Shown here in pieces: positions 32,540 through 43,641 of a DNA stretch of 64,000 nucleotides. The notes beneath the pieces were generated by a model. The model had not been told where the DNA came from and did not search any database. It saw nothing but the letters and a program-made list of their open reading frames with translations. This DNA is from Candidatus Bathyarchaeota archaeon. Its GTDB lineage: Archaea; Thermoproteota; Bathyarchaeia; Bathyarchaeales; Bathycorpusculaceae. The DNA lies in contig CAVYES010000006.1 in NCBI GenBank assembly GCA_963767735.1, positions 160,001-224,000 of the forward strand, in the 5' to 3' direction. The position numbers and the translations under genes were made by a program. The number at the start of each line of letters is the position of its first letter. Position 1 is the first letter of the stretch.

Positions 32540-32940
32540 ATGAGTACTGACAAAGAAAAGCTCAATGAGCTAATCGGAAAGGTTGACAAAATTCTTAAAG
32601 CTTTAAGCGACATTTCAGAAGAAATGCGTTCCGTTTCAGCATCAATGAAATCTCTTGCACGGAGGTCAAATTACTCAGCCACCCGTTACTCAAGCGCCAG
32701 CACCGCACTGAGGCTGGTGCAAAACAGAGGTCGCTTGATGAAATTCGCATGTCATTTCCTGAGGAGCTTGAAGCCCGATTAAGCTTTGAGGAGAAGGGCG
32801 ATTACATAATAATTAAACCTAAGCAGTTTTTGGGTTCAGAAAACTTTGCAAAAATCGCTTCCGCAGTACGAGGCATGGGCGGAGAATACATCAGCGCTGG
32901 AAAAGATTCACATTTTAGGGTGCCAAAGAAAAAAGCGTAA
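32540..32940 (+). CDS. conserved hypothetical protein, frameshifted
   Basis: N-terminal coiled coil plus [16 protein letters not shown]...[16 protein letters not shown]. Confidence 0.65.
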
Positions 32941-32944
32941 CTTA

Positions 32945-33221
32945 CTATAGCGTCTCGAAATCTGCTAAATTCTCCACGATAAGGCTCCCATAAAACATCA
33001 ACGTTTGTTACTCTTGCAGAAGAAGGACCATGATGGCAATATTCCACAAGCGCTTTAACCGCTTCTTCTTCGCCTTCAAAAACTGCTTCAACTCTGCCAT
33101 CAGGTAAATTTCTAACCCAACCATTAACGCCTAAGCTTTCTGCTTGCTGCTTAGTTTTTTGCCTAAAGAAAACACCTTGAACTCTGCCGCTTACAAACAC
33201 ATGAACTCTAGCTTTAACCAT
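32945..33221 (-). CDS. acyP: acylphosphatase
   Basis: [24 protein letters not shown] probable +1 shift near the 3' end explains the overlong track ORF. Confidence 0.93.
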
Positions 33222-33295
33222 TAGCTTTCTCAAGTAAAATTAAACGGATTCAAATTTAAAAATCTAATTTTAATAAAAAAAGAAAAAATGGAGTT

Positions 33296-33734
33296 TTAAT
33301 CCCAAACACTGATTTTTTCTCCAACAGTGTACAAGAAAATGCTTGCTGAAGATGGCCCTAACCACTTGAATTTGTTGACTAAATCTTTAACTACGTTTTC
33401 ATAGTTGTTTGATTTATCTAGGCTGTCAAGGTATTTTTGGAATGAACCGTATTGTTTTTCTATGGCTTTGAAGTTTTGTGCGTTTTGTATGATTGCTTGA
33501 ATTTTGCCTTTATTTCTGAATAATTTCTGGGTCTTTCATAAGTCTTTCAACGTCAGCGTTGGTGAAGCATGCGACTTTTTCGATTTTGAAATTTGAAAAT
33601 GCTTTCTTGATTGATGGCCATTTATTGTCAATTACATGCCAGTTTAAGCCTGCTTGAAAAATAACTCGGCACATGTTTTCAAAGTATTCTTCGTCGGTGC
33701 TTGGGCGCTTCTCTCGGTACCACCATTCAGGCAT
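33296..33734 (-). CDS. DNA-3-methyladenine glycosylase I-like, frameshifted
   Basis: FQAGLNW, KIQAIIQNA, FKW-GPSSA-IFLYTVG. Confidence 0.85.
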
Positions 33735-33775
33735 CTGCCAATGTTCTGTTCTTGCATAAAATCAGCTCTTAAAGT

Positions 33776-34201
33776 TTACTTCCATTCCCAGATTGCAATG
33801 TTGAGTTCAGTCCACATTGGGTCTGTCGCTTCAAAAGTGACAACAGCAATCGTGTCGTTGAGCCAGCCTAGTTTCTCTGACATCGTCATGAAAGTCCATA
33901 ACCCTACGCTTGTCGGGTTCTTGCCCATCGCCATCTTCATCAAGCTAACTCCTTTCACTATGCCCATATCACCAGTCATCGTCATCATCATTCCTTGATC
34001 TTTCGACCAAGCGATGCCTTTAGGAGGAGTCATGCTTTTTCCTGTCACGTTGAGGTTGCAGTCTACGCCTTTAGCTTTCCCCATGCCTTTCATTTGAGCC
34101 GTCCACGTATAGATTGAAGTAACGCCTTCCATTCCAACTGATTTTATGAAGCCTGCTCCACTTTTGCCTTTGCCTTCCCATAATTTTTCGCCAATCGCCA
34201 T
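33776..34201 (-). CDS. Met/Gly-rich beta-strand hypothetical protein
   Basis: Intact ORF from MAIGEKLWEG, preceded by an SD-like GAGGTG. Confidence 0.7.
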   Translation of the reverse strand: MAIGEKLWEGKGKSGAGFIKSVGMEGVTSIYTWTAQMKGMGKAKGVDCNLNVTGKSMTPPKGIAWSKDQGMMMTMTGDMGIVKGVSLMKMAMGKNPTSVGLWTFMTMSEKLGWLNDTIAVVTFEATDPMWTELNIAIWEWK

Positions 34202-34388
34202 TTTTTTCACCTCACACATAAGAATGGATTTTTTATCGAATTTAAGCAGTTGTGGTTGCCCGTACACAACAACATTTTAAGCGTTTTGTACGGTTCACTT
34301 TCACTCACCCCTCCCCTGCTTGAAACAGTCGTTTCATGACTTGTTTTAAAAGAGTTTTTTCGCATACTGCGGTGTTGGTGAGTATGTC

Positions 34389-34728
34389 ATGTTCAAAGGA
34401 AACAGTGGGAAACTGATGGTTTATGCGTCAACTGGCGTTCCAGGCAGGAAACGGTTGGAATCAGTTAGAACTGCCACACAGGAAACGGCTAAGCGTTTAA
34501 ATTTAGATTTTGAAGATGGTGAAGTTGGATAGGGCTGGTTCGCCGATTTACGTTTACTATGAAGAAACCGGCGGTGAGGAACCTATTCCGCTGTATTGTG
34601 ATGAAGGAAAAATGTCTGATTTAGAGGGAATAAGTTCAGCGTTGAGAAGCATGATGTTTGTTTTGTCTTTTCATCCTAAGCATTCAGCGCTGAGGCAGAT
34701 GAGAAAAGAAATCCTTAAACTTTCCTGA
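34389..34728 (+). CDS. hypothetical protein, one frameshift
   Basis: MFKGNSGKLMVYAS...LDFE joins MVKLDRAGSPIYVYY... after removing one base. Confidence 0.6.
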
Positions 34729-35057
34729 AACGGATCGCTTGGTTTTCCAGTATTACTTCGTAAACTTGGTTTACATCAAAGCTGATGCCTAAGCTGTCGT
34801 ATTCATGCTCAGTTAAGAACAGGATTATTTTTGGTGTTGCAAGCTGGGTTTTTTGCGGCAGGAAGGGCATTTGCTGTTGGAGTGCTTGCATGATGTCCTG
34901 CGCCATTTTTGCTTCATCTGATTGTGGTCTTAGCACGTAGGGGTTGACTTCTCTGCTCTTCAAGCAGCTCGATTCTTTTTCCAAGGTTACCGTCTAAATC
35001 GCGGGTTGACTCAATTTTGTTTACTCTCACGCGGAACATTTCGGGTTCACTTCTCAT
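34715..35057 (-). CDS. arcadin-1-like protein, one frameshift
   Basis: Reconstructed MRSEPEMFRVRVTKIESTRDLDGNLGKRIELLEEREV...PKIILFLTEHEYDSLG...VYEVILENQAIRF resembles recalled Pyrobaculum arcadin-1. Confidence 0.7.
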
Positions 35058-35093
35058 TTAGGAAATATTAAGTCACAGATTTAATTCTTTACA

Positions 35094-35464
35094 CTAACTG
35101 CCTAGTATTTCTTCATCGAGGTATTTTCTTATTCCAAAGCGACGCAAAGATCCAATCACTTTAACAAGTTCTTCTTTCGATTCGGGATTAGCGATTTCCC
35201 GAAAATTGTTGAACCTTATGAAAGTCATCATTAATCTTCCGTCGCGAAGTTTTTGTATTCTTCAAACGATTCAAAATAGCTTTCACTGCCAAACTTTTCC
35301 CACAAACCCTGAAAATTGCCAATTAAACGCTCAAGAAAATTCGCGGCACCTAAACCTGGCTTTTTCTTGTAACATAAAACAGTAGCTGCTCAGCCTTTGT
35401 GGGGGCAACCCGGTTTTTTCTGATAAAAACGTGCGTTCCCATATGTGCGCTGTTGCGCTGACAT
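35094..35464 (-). pseudogene. degraded ORF of unknown family
   Basis: Protein-like pieces (LWEKFGSESYFESFEEYKNF, TFIRFNNFREIANP, KYLDEE) interrupted by stops and shifts. Confidence 0.35.
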
Positions 35465-35519
35465 AATCGGTTCCAATATTTTTCGTCAACCGTTAATATG
35501 TACGCATAGTGTTCATTGG

Positions 35520-36176
35520 TCATAGCATTGAGCTTCCTTGACTGCTGTTAGAAGCGGTTGCCAAATAACAGTTTCGCTTGTTCCCTATGCTGGCGCTTGG
35601 GGCGAATTGACGTGTTGCTTGTTTCTTTATTTCTTTAATTCTTTTGTCGATTTGTTTAAGTCGTTCCTGCATCATTTTGACTGTTTCATAAGCGTGTTTT
35701 CGTTCATGTTCCAAGTGCTTCAGGTTTTCTTCGCTGTTTGCATTTTCTTCAAGGAACGGACTAAAAGGAGAAGGCATGCTCGGCATAGACGCGGTAGTCT
35801 CGATGTTTAAGACGTCTCTGGAGAATTCTCGGAAAAGATTGCCGATATTATTGAATATTTCAGCTTGTTTTACAATGGCTCGTCTGAGAATAAGCTCTCC
35901 TGACTCAGTGATATTGTAAACTTTGAGCCTGCGGTTTTTCTGTTTTTCCCAATGTCCCTTAATGTACCCTGATTTTTCCAAGTCGCGCAGAATTGGGTAG
36001 ACGCCGCCTGCTGTGGGTTGCCAGAAGCCTTTGGTTCGGCTATTGATTTCTTTCATGATTTCGTAGCCATGGGAAGGTTTCTTGTTTAGAAGAATTAGGA
36101 CTCCCATGCGTATGTAGCCTTTTTGGGCTTCTTTCAGCCAGTTTGCAGTTGTCTTTTCTTCTTTTTCTGTTGTCAT
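35520..36176 (-). CDS. PadR-family transcriptional regulator
   Basis: HGYEIMKEI, GGVYPILRDLE, YNITESG; divergent from the ABC genes. Confidence 0.92.
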   Translation of the reverse strand: MTTEKEEKTTANWLKEAQKGYIRMGVLILLNKKPSHGYEIMKEINSRTKGFWQPTAGGVYPILRDLEKSGYIKGHWEKQKNRRLKVYNITESGELILRRAIVKQAEIFNNIGNLFREFSRDVLNIETTASMPSMPSPFSPFLEENANSEENLKHLEHERKHAYETVKMMQERLKQIDKRIKEIKKQATRQFAPSASIGNKRNCYLATASNSSQGSSML

Positions 36177-36222
36177 TGTCTTTCAAATCTATATTGTATT
36201 TGGGTAATACTTATATTTTACC

Positions 36223-36234
36223 GCAATATATTGC
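36223..36234. promoter_or_regulatory. palindrome, candidate PadR operator
   Basis: Perfect GCAATATATTGC in the 92-bp divergent intergenic region. Confidence 0.45.
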
Positions 36235-36268
36235 AATGAATACTATTCCAAAATTAGAGGTCAACAAA

Positions 36269-37288
36269 ATGGCAAGCGACTCAATAATCGAGGTCAAGGA
36301 CCTTACAAAGATCTTCGGCAAATTTACAGCCGTGGACAATATATCATTTGACGTCAAAAAAGGTGAAATCTTTGGTTTACTCGGTCCCAACGGAGCAGGC
36401 AAAAGCACAACGCTGCGCATGCTTTCTACTTTAGCCCGTCCAACCAGTGGGACGGCCATAATAGGTGGCTATGATATAGTTAAGCACGATACAGACGTGC
36501 GCAAGCTCATCGGTATTGTTTCCGAGAAAATGATAATGTACAATCGCTTAACCGCCAGAGAGAACTTGTGGTTTTTCGGCAGCCTCTTTAACATTCCGAA
36601 AGATGTTTTAACAAAACGAATTGATGAACTTTTGGAACTGGTACAGCTGACCCAGTGGAAGAACGCTCAAGTAGGCACTTTTTCAACTGGTATGCGCCAG
36701 AGGATGAACGTGGTTCGAGCCTTGCTCAATTTGCCTCAGGTGCTGTTTTTGGATGAACCAACCCTAGGTTTAGATCCTCAGTCCTCGGTTGAAATCCGAG
36801 AATTTGTAAGGAAACTGAATAAGGAAAACGGCACAACAGTTGTTTTAACGACTCACATGATGGTTGACGCTGATCTGCTGTGTGACCGCATAGCCATTGT
36901 AGACCACGGTAAAATTGTGGCATTAGATACATCCCCGAACTTGAAAAAAACGATAACTGGAGCGGATACATCCATAATAAAATTAACCATACCTAATCTC
37001 TCCCCAGACCTCTTAGCAAAACTTCAGGCGCTTGAATGCGCGGATGCTGTTACCCAAGAGAGCCCAAATGAGCTTAAAGTTTTGGTGCATGGAAACGAAG
37101 CTTTTGACAACATCATTGATGCCATAAGAACCAACGGTGGAAAAATAAGTTCTATGGAGAATTTGCAACCAACCCTTGAAGACGTGTTCCTTCACATTAC
37201 AGGTCATCAGGTACGAGACAGCGCAACCGAGAAAATCCCCATGGAACACAGGCGTTTTGGTCAACAAGCGCAAAGTAGGATTCGGTGA
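36269..37288 (+). CDS. ABC-2/DrrA-type ATP-binding protein
   Basis: GPNGAGKS, FSTGM, LDEPT, TTH. Confidence 0.93.
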   Translation: MASDSIIEVKDLTKIFGKFTAVDNISFDVKKGEIFGLLGPNGAGKSTTLRMLSTLARPTSGTAIIGGYDIVKHDTDVRKLIGIVSEKMIMYNRLTARENLWFFGSLFNIPKDVLTKRIDELLELVQLTQWKNAQVGTFSTGMRQRMNVVRALLNLPQVLFLDEPTLGLDPQSSVEIREFVRKLNKENGTTVVLTTHMMVDADLLCDRIAIVDHGKIVALDTSPNLKKTITGADTSIIKLTIPNLSPDLLAKLQALECADAVTQESPNELKVLVHGNEAFDNIIDAIRTNGGKISSMENLQPTLEDVFLHITGHQVRDSATEKIPMEHRRFGQQAQSRIR

Positions 37289-38481
37289 TAAACATGACAG
37301 CAAAATCTCTAATTTCTCATACTGCCAGAATCGCGTGGAAAGACCTAACTGAACTATTTAGAAACCGACTAGGCTTAATTCTACTCATAGTGATGCCTCT
37401 GTTTATGATGGTTATGGTTGGCTTTATTTATCCATCCGGCAATGTCACGCCGAACAGTATGCCTTTCGGTTTGGTGAATCAAGATTCAGGCTTTAACAAT
37501 AGTACTATTCCAAGCCAAACTTTCATCACGGGCTTTCAAATGATGAACAATCAGACACACATGCTGACGCTGTCCACAAGTTCAAGTATAGCTGACATCA
37601 AAAGCGAGATTCAAAAGGGCACAATAGATGGCGCCGTAATCATACCTAGCAATTTCTCGGAAAGCGTCCTGAGCGGCGAACAGGGAACGCTGATTGTAAT
37701 AACTGACCAGTCTAACCCAACAGTATCATCTGAATTGCAGGCAGCTGTCTCCGATGAAATTAACAGTTTGGGCACACAGCTTGCAGAGCAAAGAGTTCAA
37801 AGCCTATCTTCAAATGTAACTGCGAATAATTCTCTCGCCATTGTTCAACCTTATACTGTTCCGGCCCCTGCGAGTACGAGCTACTTTAGCTTCATTGCAC
37901 CTGGAATGGTTATGTTGACTGTCATGATGAGTGTCATGACGGGGTTGCCTGTTGCGATATCTCAGGAGAGAGAAGTTGGTACGATGGACGGTATGATGGT
38001 CGCTCCAATCAATCGGTTATCTATCATATTGGGAAAAGCTTTAGGCCAGACTGGTCGTGGGTTAATTCAAGGCGTCATAGTAATGGCTTTGGCTCTAGGG
38101 CTATTCGGCGTTGTGATTCATGGAAGCATAGTCCTCGTGTCCGCTTTGCTGCTGCTGGGTGTATTCTCATTCGTTGGTTTAGGTATCGTGTTGACGTCTC
38201 TCGCAAAGGATCAGGAAACGGCGCAGATGATGATGATGACGCTGATGTTTCCAATGATGTTCCTTAGCGGTGTTATGTTCCCACTACAGCAGATGCCTTG
38301 GTACATGCAGGACATTGCAAAATTCCTTCCGTTAACATATGCTGCTGATGCCATGAGAAAAGTCATGGTGCTAGGCGCTGGCGTCGGTGACATCTCTACA
38401 GATCTAATAATCTTGATAGCGTTCGGTGTAATCATGATTGCAATTGCAGTCCCGCTATTCAGAAGAATGATGACAAAGTAG
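37285..38481 (+). CDS. ABC-2 permease
   Basis: ERE-GT, FLSG-MFP, LPLTY; six TM helices. Confidence 0.92.
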   Translation: MINMTAKSLISHTARIAWKDLTELFRNRLGLILLIVMPLFMMVMVGFIYPSGNVTPNSMPFGLVNQDSGFNNSTIPSQTFITGFQMMNNQTHMLTLSTSSSIADIKSEIQKGTIDGAVIIPSNFSESVLSGEQGTLIVITDQSNPTVSSELQAAVSDEINSLGTQLAEQRVQSLSSNVTANNSLAIVQPYTVPAPASTSYFSFIAPGMVMLTVMMSVMTGLPVAISQEREVGTMDGMMVAPINRLSIILGKALGQTGRGLIQGVIVMALALGLFGVVIHGSIVLVSALLLLGVFSFVGLGIVLTSLAKDQETAQMMMMTLMFPMMFLSGVMFPLQQMPWYMQDIAKFLPLTYAADAMRKVMVLGAGVGDISTDLIILIAFGVIMIAIAVPLFRRMMTK

Positions 38482-38683
38482 AAAACGCTGGGAAGAAAAC
38501 TTGAGTACACTCTGCTCTAAATGCCCTTTCTTTCAACTTGCTCCACTGATAAAGCGTAAGAACGCGCGCAAACGCTGCCGCATTGAACCCCAAAGGCAAC
38601 TGCGAATCTACGAATGCAAAGACTTCCCAAAAAAGAGGTTCTTCTGAATCTAAAGTGGACATTTTTCTTTTTTTCTGTGGCAT
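38459..38683 (-). CDS. possible small hypothetical protein
   Basis: 74-aa ORF filling an intergenic gap; no motif. Confidence 0.3.
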   Translation of the reverse strand: MPQKKRKMSTLDSEEPLFWEVFAFVDSQLPLGFNAAAFARVLTLYQWSKLKERAFRAECTQVFFPAFSTLSSFF

Positions 38684-38811
38684 TAGTCTTAGATTGAATA
38701 TTGACAGCCTAAAACAGCTTTTAATGCTGCGTTGACGGCTGTTTTCATGAAGTTGCCCCCGTTACGGTTTTATATGCTGCAAGCATAGAAATGAAAAGAA
38801 GAGAATAAGCT

Positions 38812-40254
38812 ATGTCAGATACTGGAGTTACCGTAAAGAAAAACCAAGACTTCTCCGAATGGTACGTTCAAGTGGTTCAGAAAGCTGAACTTGCAGATTA
38901 CGCACCCGTTAAAGGCTGCATGATTATCCGCCCAGATGCATACGCCGTTTGGGAAAGAATCCAGGAAATTCTCAACAAAAAAATCAAAGCCACAGGCGTG
39001 CGCAACGTGTATTTTCCTATGTTCATCCCAGAAGCTTTCCTGAAAAAGGAAGCTGAGCATTTTGCGGGTTTTACCCCTGAAGTTGCTTGGGTTACTCAGG
39101 GAGGAGACACACCGCTTGAAGAGAAACTTGCGGTTAGGCCAACCAGCGAAACCATAATGTATGACACCTTCAACAAATGGGTTCGCAGCTGGCGTGACTT
39201 GCCAATTAAGATTAACCAGTGGTGCAACATTGTCCGCTGGGAAACCAAAGCCACAAAACTGTTTCTGCGCACAAGAGAGTTCCTCTGGCAAGAAGGTCAC
39301 ACCGCACATGCAACAAGTGAGGAAGCGGAAGCCGAAGTGATGTATGCGCTTGGTGAATACGAAGACATAATCGAGAACTACCTTGCGATTCCAGTGTTGG
39401 TGGGCACGAAGAGCGATAGCGAAAAGTTTGCGGGCGCACTCTACACAACCGCTCTGGAGTCAATAATGCCTGACGGGAAAGCTTTGCAGATGGGAACCAG
39501 CCATAACCTGGGTCAGCACTTCGCTAAAGTGTTTGAGATAAAATACATCGGCGAAGATAAAGCGGACCATTATGTTTGGCAGACCAGCTGGGGCATAACT
39601 ACAAGGCTCATCGGTGCAATGATTATGGTTCATGGTGACGACAAAGGTTTAATCATGCCTCCGAAAGTAGCGCCGGTCCAGATTGTCATTGTACCAATCC
39701 TCTTCAAAAGCGCCGAGGCAGAAACGATCAACGCCAAAGCAAAAGAAATCTCTGAAACTCTAAAGGCAAAAGGCTTTAGCGTGATTTTAGATGACCGCGA
39801 AGAGTACACGCCAGGCTGGAAATTTAACCAGTGGGAACTCAAAGGCGTGCCAATCAGAATAGAACTTGGACCGCGCGACCTCAAACAAGGCCAAGTCGTA
39901 ATGGTAAGACGGGATACAGGTCAAAAAACACCAGTTAAAGAAGCAGACATCCCCGCTACTGTCGATAAGCTTCTAGCGGAAATTCAGGATAACCTATTTG
40001 CAAAAGCCAAAGCAATACTGCAAGAAAAAACCACCAGCGTGAATAGTTATGAGGAATTCAAAAAGGTCGTTTGCGACAAAGGCGGCTTTTTGAAGGCAGC
40101 ATGGTGCGGCAACGCTGACTGTGAAGCAAAAATTAAAGATGAAACCGGCGCCACCATCAGAGTTCGACCTTTCCAACGGGAAGAGCCTTCAACGAACTGC
40201 GTTTACTGTGGGCAGACGGCTAAGGAAATGGTGTATTTTGCAAGGTCGTATTGA
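38812..40254 (+). CDS. proS: proline-tRNA ligase (archaeal/eukaryotic type)
   Basis: RPTSET, FLRTREFLWQEGH, GTSHNLG, C-terminal ARSY. Confidence 0.97.
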   Translation: MSDTGVTVKKNQDFSEWYVQVVQKAELADYAPVKGCMIIRPDAYAVWERIQEILNKKIKATGVRNVYFPMFIPEAFLKKEAEHFAGFTPEVAWVTQGGDTPLEEKLAVRPTSETIMYDTFNKWVRSWRDLPIKINQWCNIVRWETKATKLFLRTREFLWQEGHTAHATSEEAEAEVMYALGEYEDIIENYLAIPVLVGTKSDSEKFAGALYTTALESIMPDGKALQMGTSHNLGQHFAKVFEIKYIGEDKADHYVWQTSWGITTRLIGAMIMVHGDDKGLIMPPKVAPVQIVIVPILFKSAEAETINAKAKEISETLKAKGFSVILDDREEYTPGWKFNQWELKGVPIRIELGPRDLKQGQVVMVRRDTGQKTPVKEADIPATVDKLLAEIQDNLFAKAKAILQEKTTSVNSYEEFKKVVCDKGGFLKAAWCGNADCEAKIKDETGATIRVRPFQREEPSTNCVYCGQTAKEMVYFARSY

Positions 40255-42106
40255 CAAGTGACTCGTTTTCTAATTTAATGTGCGCAGATAGCTGTTTAGC
40301 CTCTTCAGCTAAACCCAGCCGTTCCAGAGTCGACTGCTTTGGTACCCCCTGTTCGTTCCAGCCTCTTTTCTCATAATAAGCCTTCAGCATCCCCTTGTAT
40401 TTGTCTAGGTCAAGCACCGAGCCTTTCAATGCGCCCTGAGTTAATGGTTCTTTAAACCACCTCATAGGCGGAACATCCAACTCTCTGCTCCATTTTTCCC
40501 TGTACTCTCGCACCCAAAAAGCACGAATCAAATTGAGTACTCTATCGCCGATTTGGTTTAGCTGCTCTAAAGAAAATTCTACTCCAGTGGCTGCCTGCAA
40601 GTATTTTTGGTACCATTCAAGCTCAAATCCCAGTTGGTTGTAGGGGAAACGGCAGACGGTTAATGCTTCAAAGACTCCGCCGCGGATAAGCTGGGTTTCA
40701 ATGAGGCGGTCAACCTTTGCTGAATCGTAGTTTGCTCTGCCCGCCTTTATTTCCCACGTTATTAGCCAAGCGTCTTTATGGTGGGCTCCTATGGAGCTGG
40801 TGCCGTAGGCTAAAGCCATTCCGGGCGCGGCGTGGCAGTCGTAAGCGGAAACCTCCAAGCCCTTGACATGCATTGCCCAATCGCTCGACCCACTGCCAAC
40901 AGTTGCAGAAGCGGCTCGGGCTCCATCAGCTAAAACTGCGCCCAAACCACGTCTATACGCAACATCTTCAATCAGTACTTTAATCTCTTCAAACTGGCCC
41001 CAACCAATCTTCTCAGCTATCAGTCCTTTCTCGGAGGCTTCCATGGCGAAGCCAAGCACGTTACCAAGAGAAATAGCATCACAACCAAGTTCATCTGCCA
41101 TGCGGTTCAAAGTCGCTACCTGCGCCAGATTGCCTAAGCCGATGTTGGAGCCAAGCATAACAATGTTTTCGTAATCTAACTCTGAATCTTTTCCTTCACA
41201 GTCTTTAACAACGTTGCCACAGGTCATGTTGCACTGTGGGCACCCGCGGTTTGAAACCTTGATTTTTTCCATGGCAAATCCGCCGATTTCCTCCGCTTTA
41301 TCGAAAACCCCTTCCCTGTAATTGAAAGTGGGAAGAGCACTGTTCTCTTGGGAATATTCTACTGTTGACATGGTTCCCTGCCGCTTCCAAAAAGGATAGA
41401 GCGATTTAGTTTGGAGTTCTCGGTAACCGTCTACTGCCAGCTTTCGCATACCATTTGGGTCTGCAAGCGATATTTGACCTGTGCCTTCAATAACTATGGC
41501 TTTCAGATTTTTGGAGCCCATGACAGCGCCCATTCCAGGTCGCCCGCCGGAGCGTCCCTCCTGCGAAACAACAGTTGCAAACTTTACTTGGTTCTCTCCA
41601 GCCTGACCAATCGAGACTATGCCTGCAGAACGCGAATATTTCTTTACCAGCCCTTCATGAGTTTCAAAAGAGTTCAACCCCCAAAAATCCTTGGCGTCAA
41701 CAAACTCGCAGTCTTTATCTTTGATGTGGAGAATAACTGGTTTGAGAGCTTTGCCCTCGATGATTAATGCGTCGTAACCTGACCTGCGCATATTCACAGA
41801 CGCCATGCTTCCCATGTTTCCGTCGCCGTAACCGCCGGTTAAAGGGCTTTTCGAGGCAACAACAAGCTTGCCGCTGTTCGGTAAACCAACGCCTGTCAGG
41901 GGTCCAGTGGCAAAAATCAGCTTGTTTTCAGGTGAAAGCGGGTCGGTTCCCCGTTTAAGGTGGTCCCAGAGGATTTTAACTGCGAAGCCTCTGCCGCCCA
42001 GAAAATTCAACGCCAAAGCTTCATCATATTTCTCTGAAACAGCCTTACTTTTTGTTAAATCTATATTTAGGAAATTACCTGTCCAGCCAAACAACTTGTT
42101 CACCAA
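40220..42106 (-). CDS. aor: tungsten-type aldehyde:ferredoxin oxidoreductase family protein
   Basis: KSPLTG, GRPGMGAVMGSKNLKA, CPQCNMTC, DELGCDAIS, VCRF. Confidence 0.93.
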   Translation of the reverse strand: MVNKLFGWTGNFLNIDLTKSKAVSEKYDEALALNFLGGRGFAVKILWDHLKRGTDPLSPENKLIFATGPLTGVGLPNSGKLVVASKSPLTGGYGDGNMGSMASVNMRRSGYDALIIEGKALKPVILHIKDKDCEFVDAKDFWGLNSFETHEGLVKKYSRSAGIVSIGQAGENQVKFATVVSQEGRSGGRPGMGAVMGSKNLKAIVIEGTGQISLADPNGMRKLAVDGYRELQTKSLYPFWKRQGTMSTVEYSQENSALPTFNYREGVFDKAEEIGGFAMEKIKVSNRGCPQCNMTCGNVVKDCEGKDSELDYENIVMLGSNIGLGNLAQVATLNRMADELGCDAISLGNVLGFAMEASEKGLIAEKIGWGQFEEIKVLIEDVAYRRGLGAVLADGARAASATVGSGSSDWAMHVKGLEVSAYDCHAAPGMALAYGTSSIGAHHKDAWLITWEIKAGRANYDSAKVDRLIETQLIRGGVFEALTVCRFPYNQLGFELEWYQKYLQAATGVEFSLEQLNQIGDRVLNLIRAFWVREYREKWSRELDVPPMRWFKEPLTQGALKGSVLDLDKYKGMLKAYYEKRGWNEQGVPKQSTLERLGLAEEAKQLSAHIKLENESLVNTTLQNTPFP

Positions 42107-42268
42107 AAATGTTCAATGTACTCAAAGGGGATTCAGAAATAAAAATATGTTGAAAGTGGCATTTGCAATTTAGCTTTTCTAATTAGACGGGAGGTGTAAT
42201 TATGTTGTTTAATCTTAGGAACATTTATTTTTTCCCACTGCAAGTGTTTGGGTAACAGGTAACAAAAC

Positions 42269-43482
42269 TTGGGCATCAAAGTAACAAGCAGAGCCTCAAA
42301 CATCGAATACGCCATACGAGACGTTATAGTGCACACTAAACAGTTAATCAAAGACGGCAAAAAAATCTATTACCTCAACATCGGCGACCCTGCAGCTTTT
42401 GATTTTAAAACCCCACAAAACGTTAAAGATGCCCTATGCGCGGCGATTCAGAAAGATGATAATTACTATTCTCCTTCAGAAGGCAGGTTAGACCTCAGAG
42501 AAGCAATCGTTCGAAAAGAAAAAAAAGTCAACAACGTCAACGTTACAGTAGATGACGTGCTGGTGACTGAGGGGATTTCTGAGGGCATTCAGATGATTCT
42601 TGGCGCTCTCGTCGAAAAAGGTGATGAAATCCTTTTTCCAGGTCCAACTTATCCGCCCTACATTTCTTATACACGATTTTTTGACGGAAACCTGTCTCCT
42701 ACGAAACAATCGAGGATGAAGCTTGGCATCCAAACATAGATGATTTAAGGAGCAAAATTACCAATAAGACACGTGCCATAGTAATCATTAACCCTAACAA
42801 TCCAACAGGTTCAGTTTATGATCGAAAAACAATTAAAGCGATTCTTGATATTGCGGGCGAACATAATTTGCCTGTGCTGTCGGATGAGATTTATGACCAG
42901 TTAACATACGAGAAAGAATTCGTCAGCGCAGCACACATATCTAAAGATGTTCCCGTTGTCGGGTTAAACGGGTTCTCCAAAGTTTACTCCATGACAGGGT
43001 TGCGTTTAGGCTACATGTACTTCAAAGGCGAAGGCAAAAGGCTTGAAGCACTTAAGGCGGGCGTTGAAAAAGAATGCCGAATCCGCATTTGCGCCAATAC
43101 ACCTGTGCAGATAGCGGCAACTGCGGCGCTCAATGGACCCCAAGACTGCATTAAAGACATCGTTGACCGCCTCCGAGAGAGACGCGACTTCTCGTGGAAA
43201 CGACTAAATGAAATCGAAGGCATAAGCACCACCAAACCCGAAGGCGCATTCTACATATTCCCAAAAATCCAAGGCATCGGCACAAGATGGAAAACCGACA
43301 TGGACTTCGTCGTTGAATTGCTCAAAGAAACAGGCGTACTCATCGTTAACGGCTCAGGCTTCGACCCAGTCTACGGCAAAGGACACGCAAGAATAGTATT
43401 CCTGCCGCCGATTGAAGAGTTGGATGAAGCCTACAACGCCCTAGAAACATTCATGAAGAAAAACAAAAGCAAAAAGCCCTAA
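42269..43482 (+). CDS. class I/II PLP aminotransferase (alanine aminotransferase-like), one frameshift
   Basis: LNIGDP, INPNNPTG between the ORF pieces, SDEIY, GFSKVYSMTGLRLG. Confidence 0.92.
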
Positions 43483-43548
43483 TATCATGCTCACGTTCGC
43501 TTTTCTCATTCACATTCTGACCATAAAAAGAAGACCCTCCCTTCTGCT

Positions 43549-43583
43549 TCAATTTAGATAGCGAAATCCGCCAGCTAAATTGA
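43549..43583. terminator. stem-loop between convergent genes
   Basis: TCAATTTAG...CTAAATTGA with an inner GCG/CGC stem. Confidence 0.35.
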
Positions 43584-43641
43584 TACCCTATCCCCGGATA
43601 AAGCTAAAGCAACAAATCAGTTTTTTTAAAGAAATAGAGAA

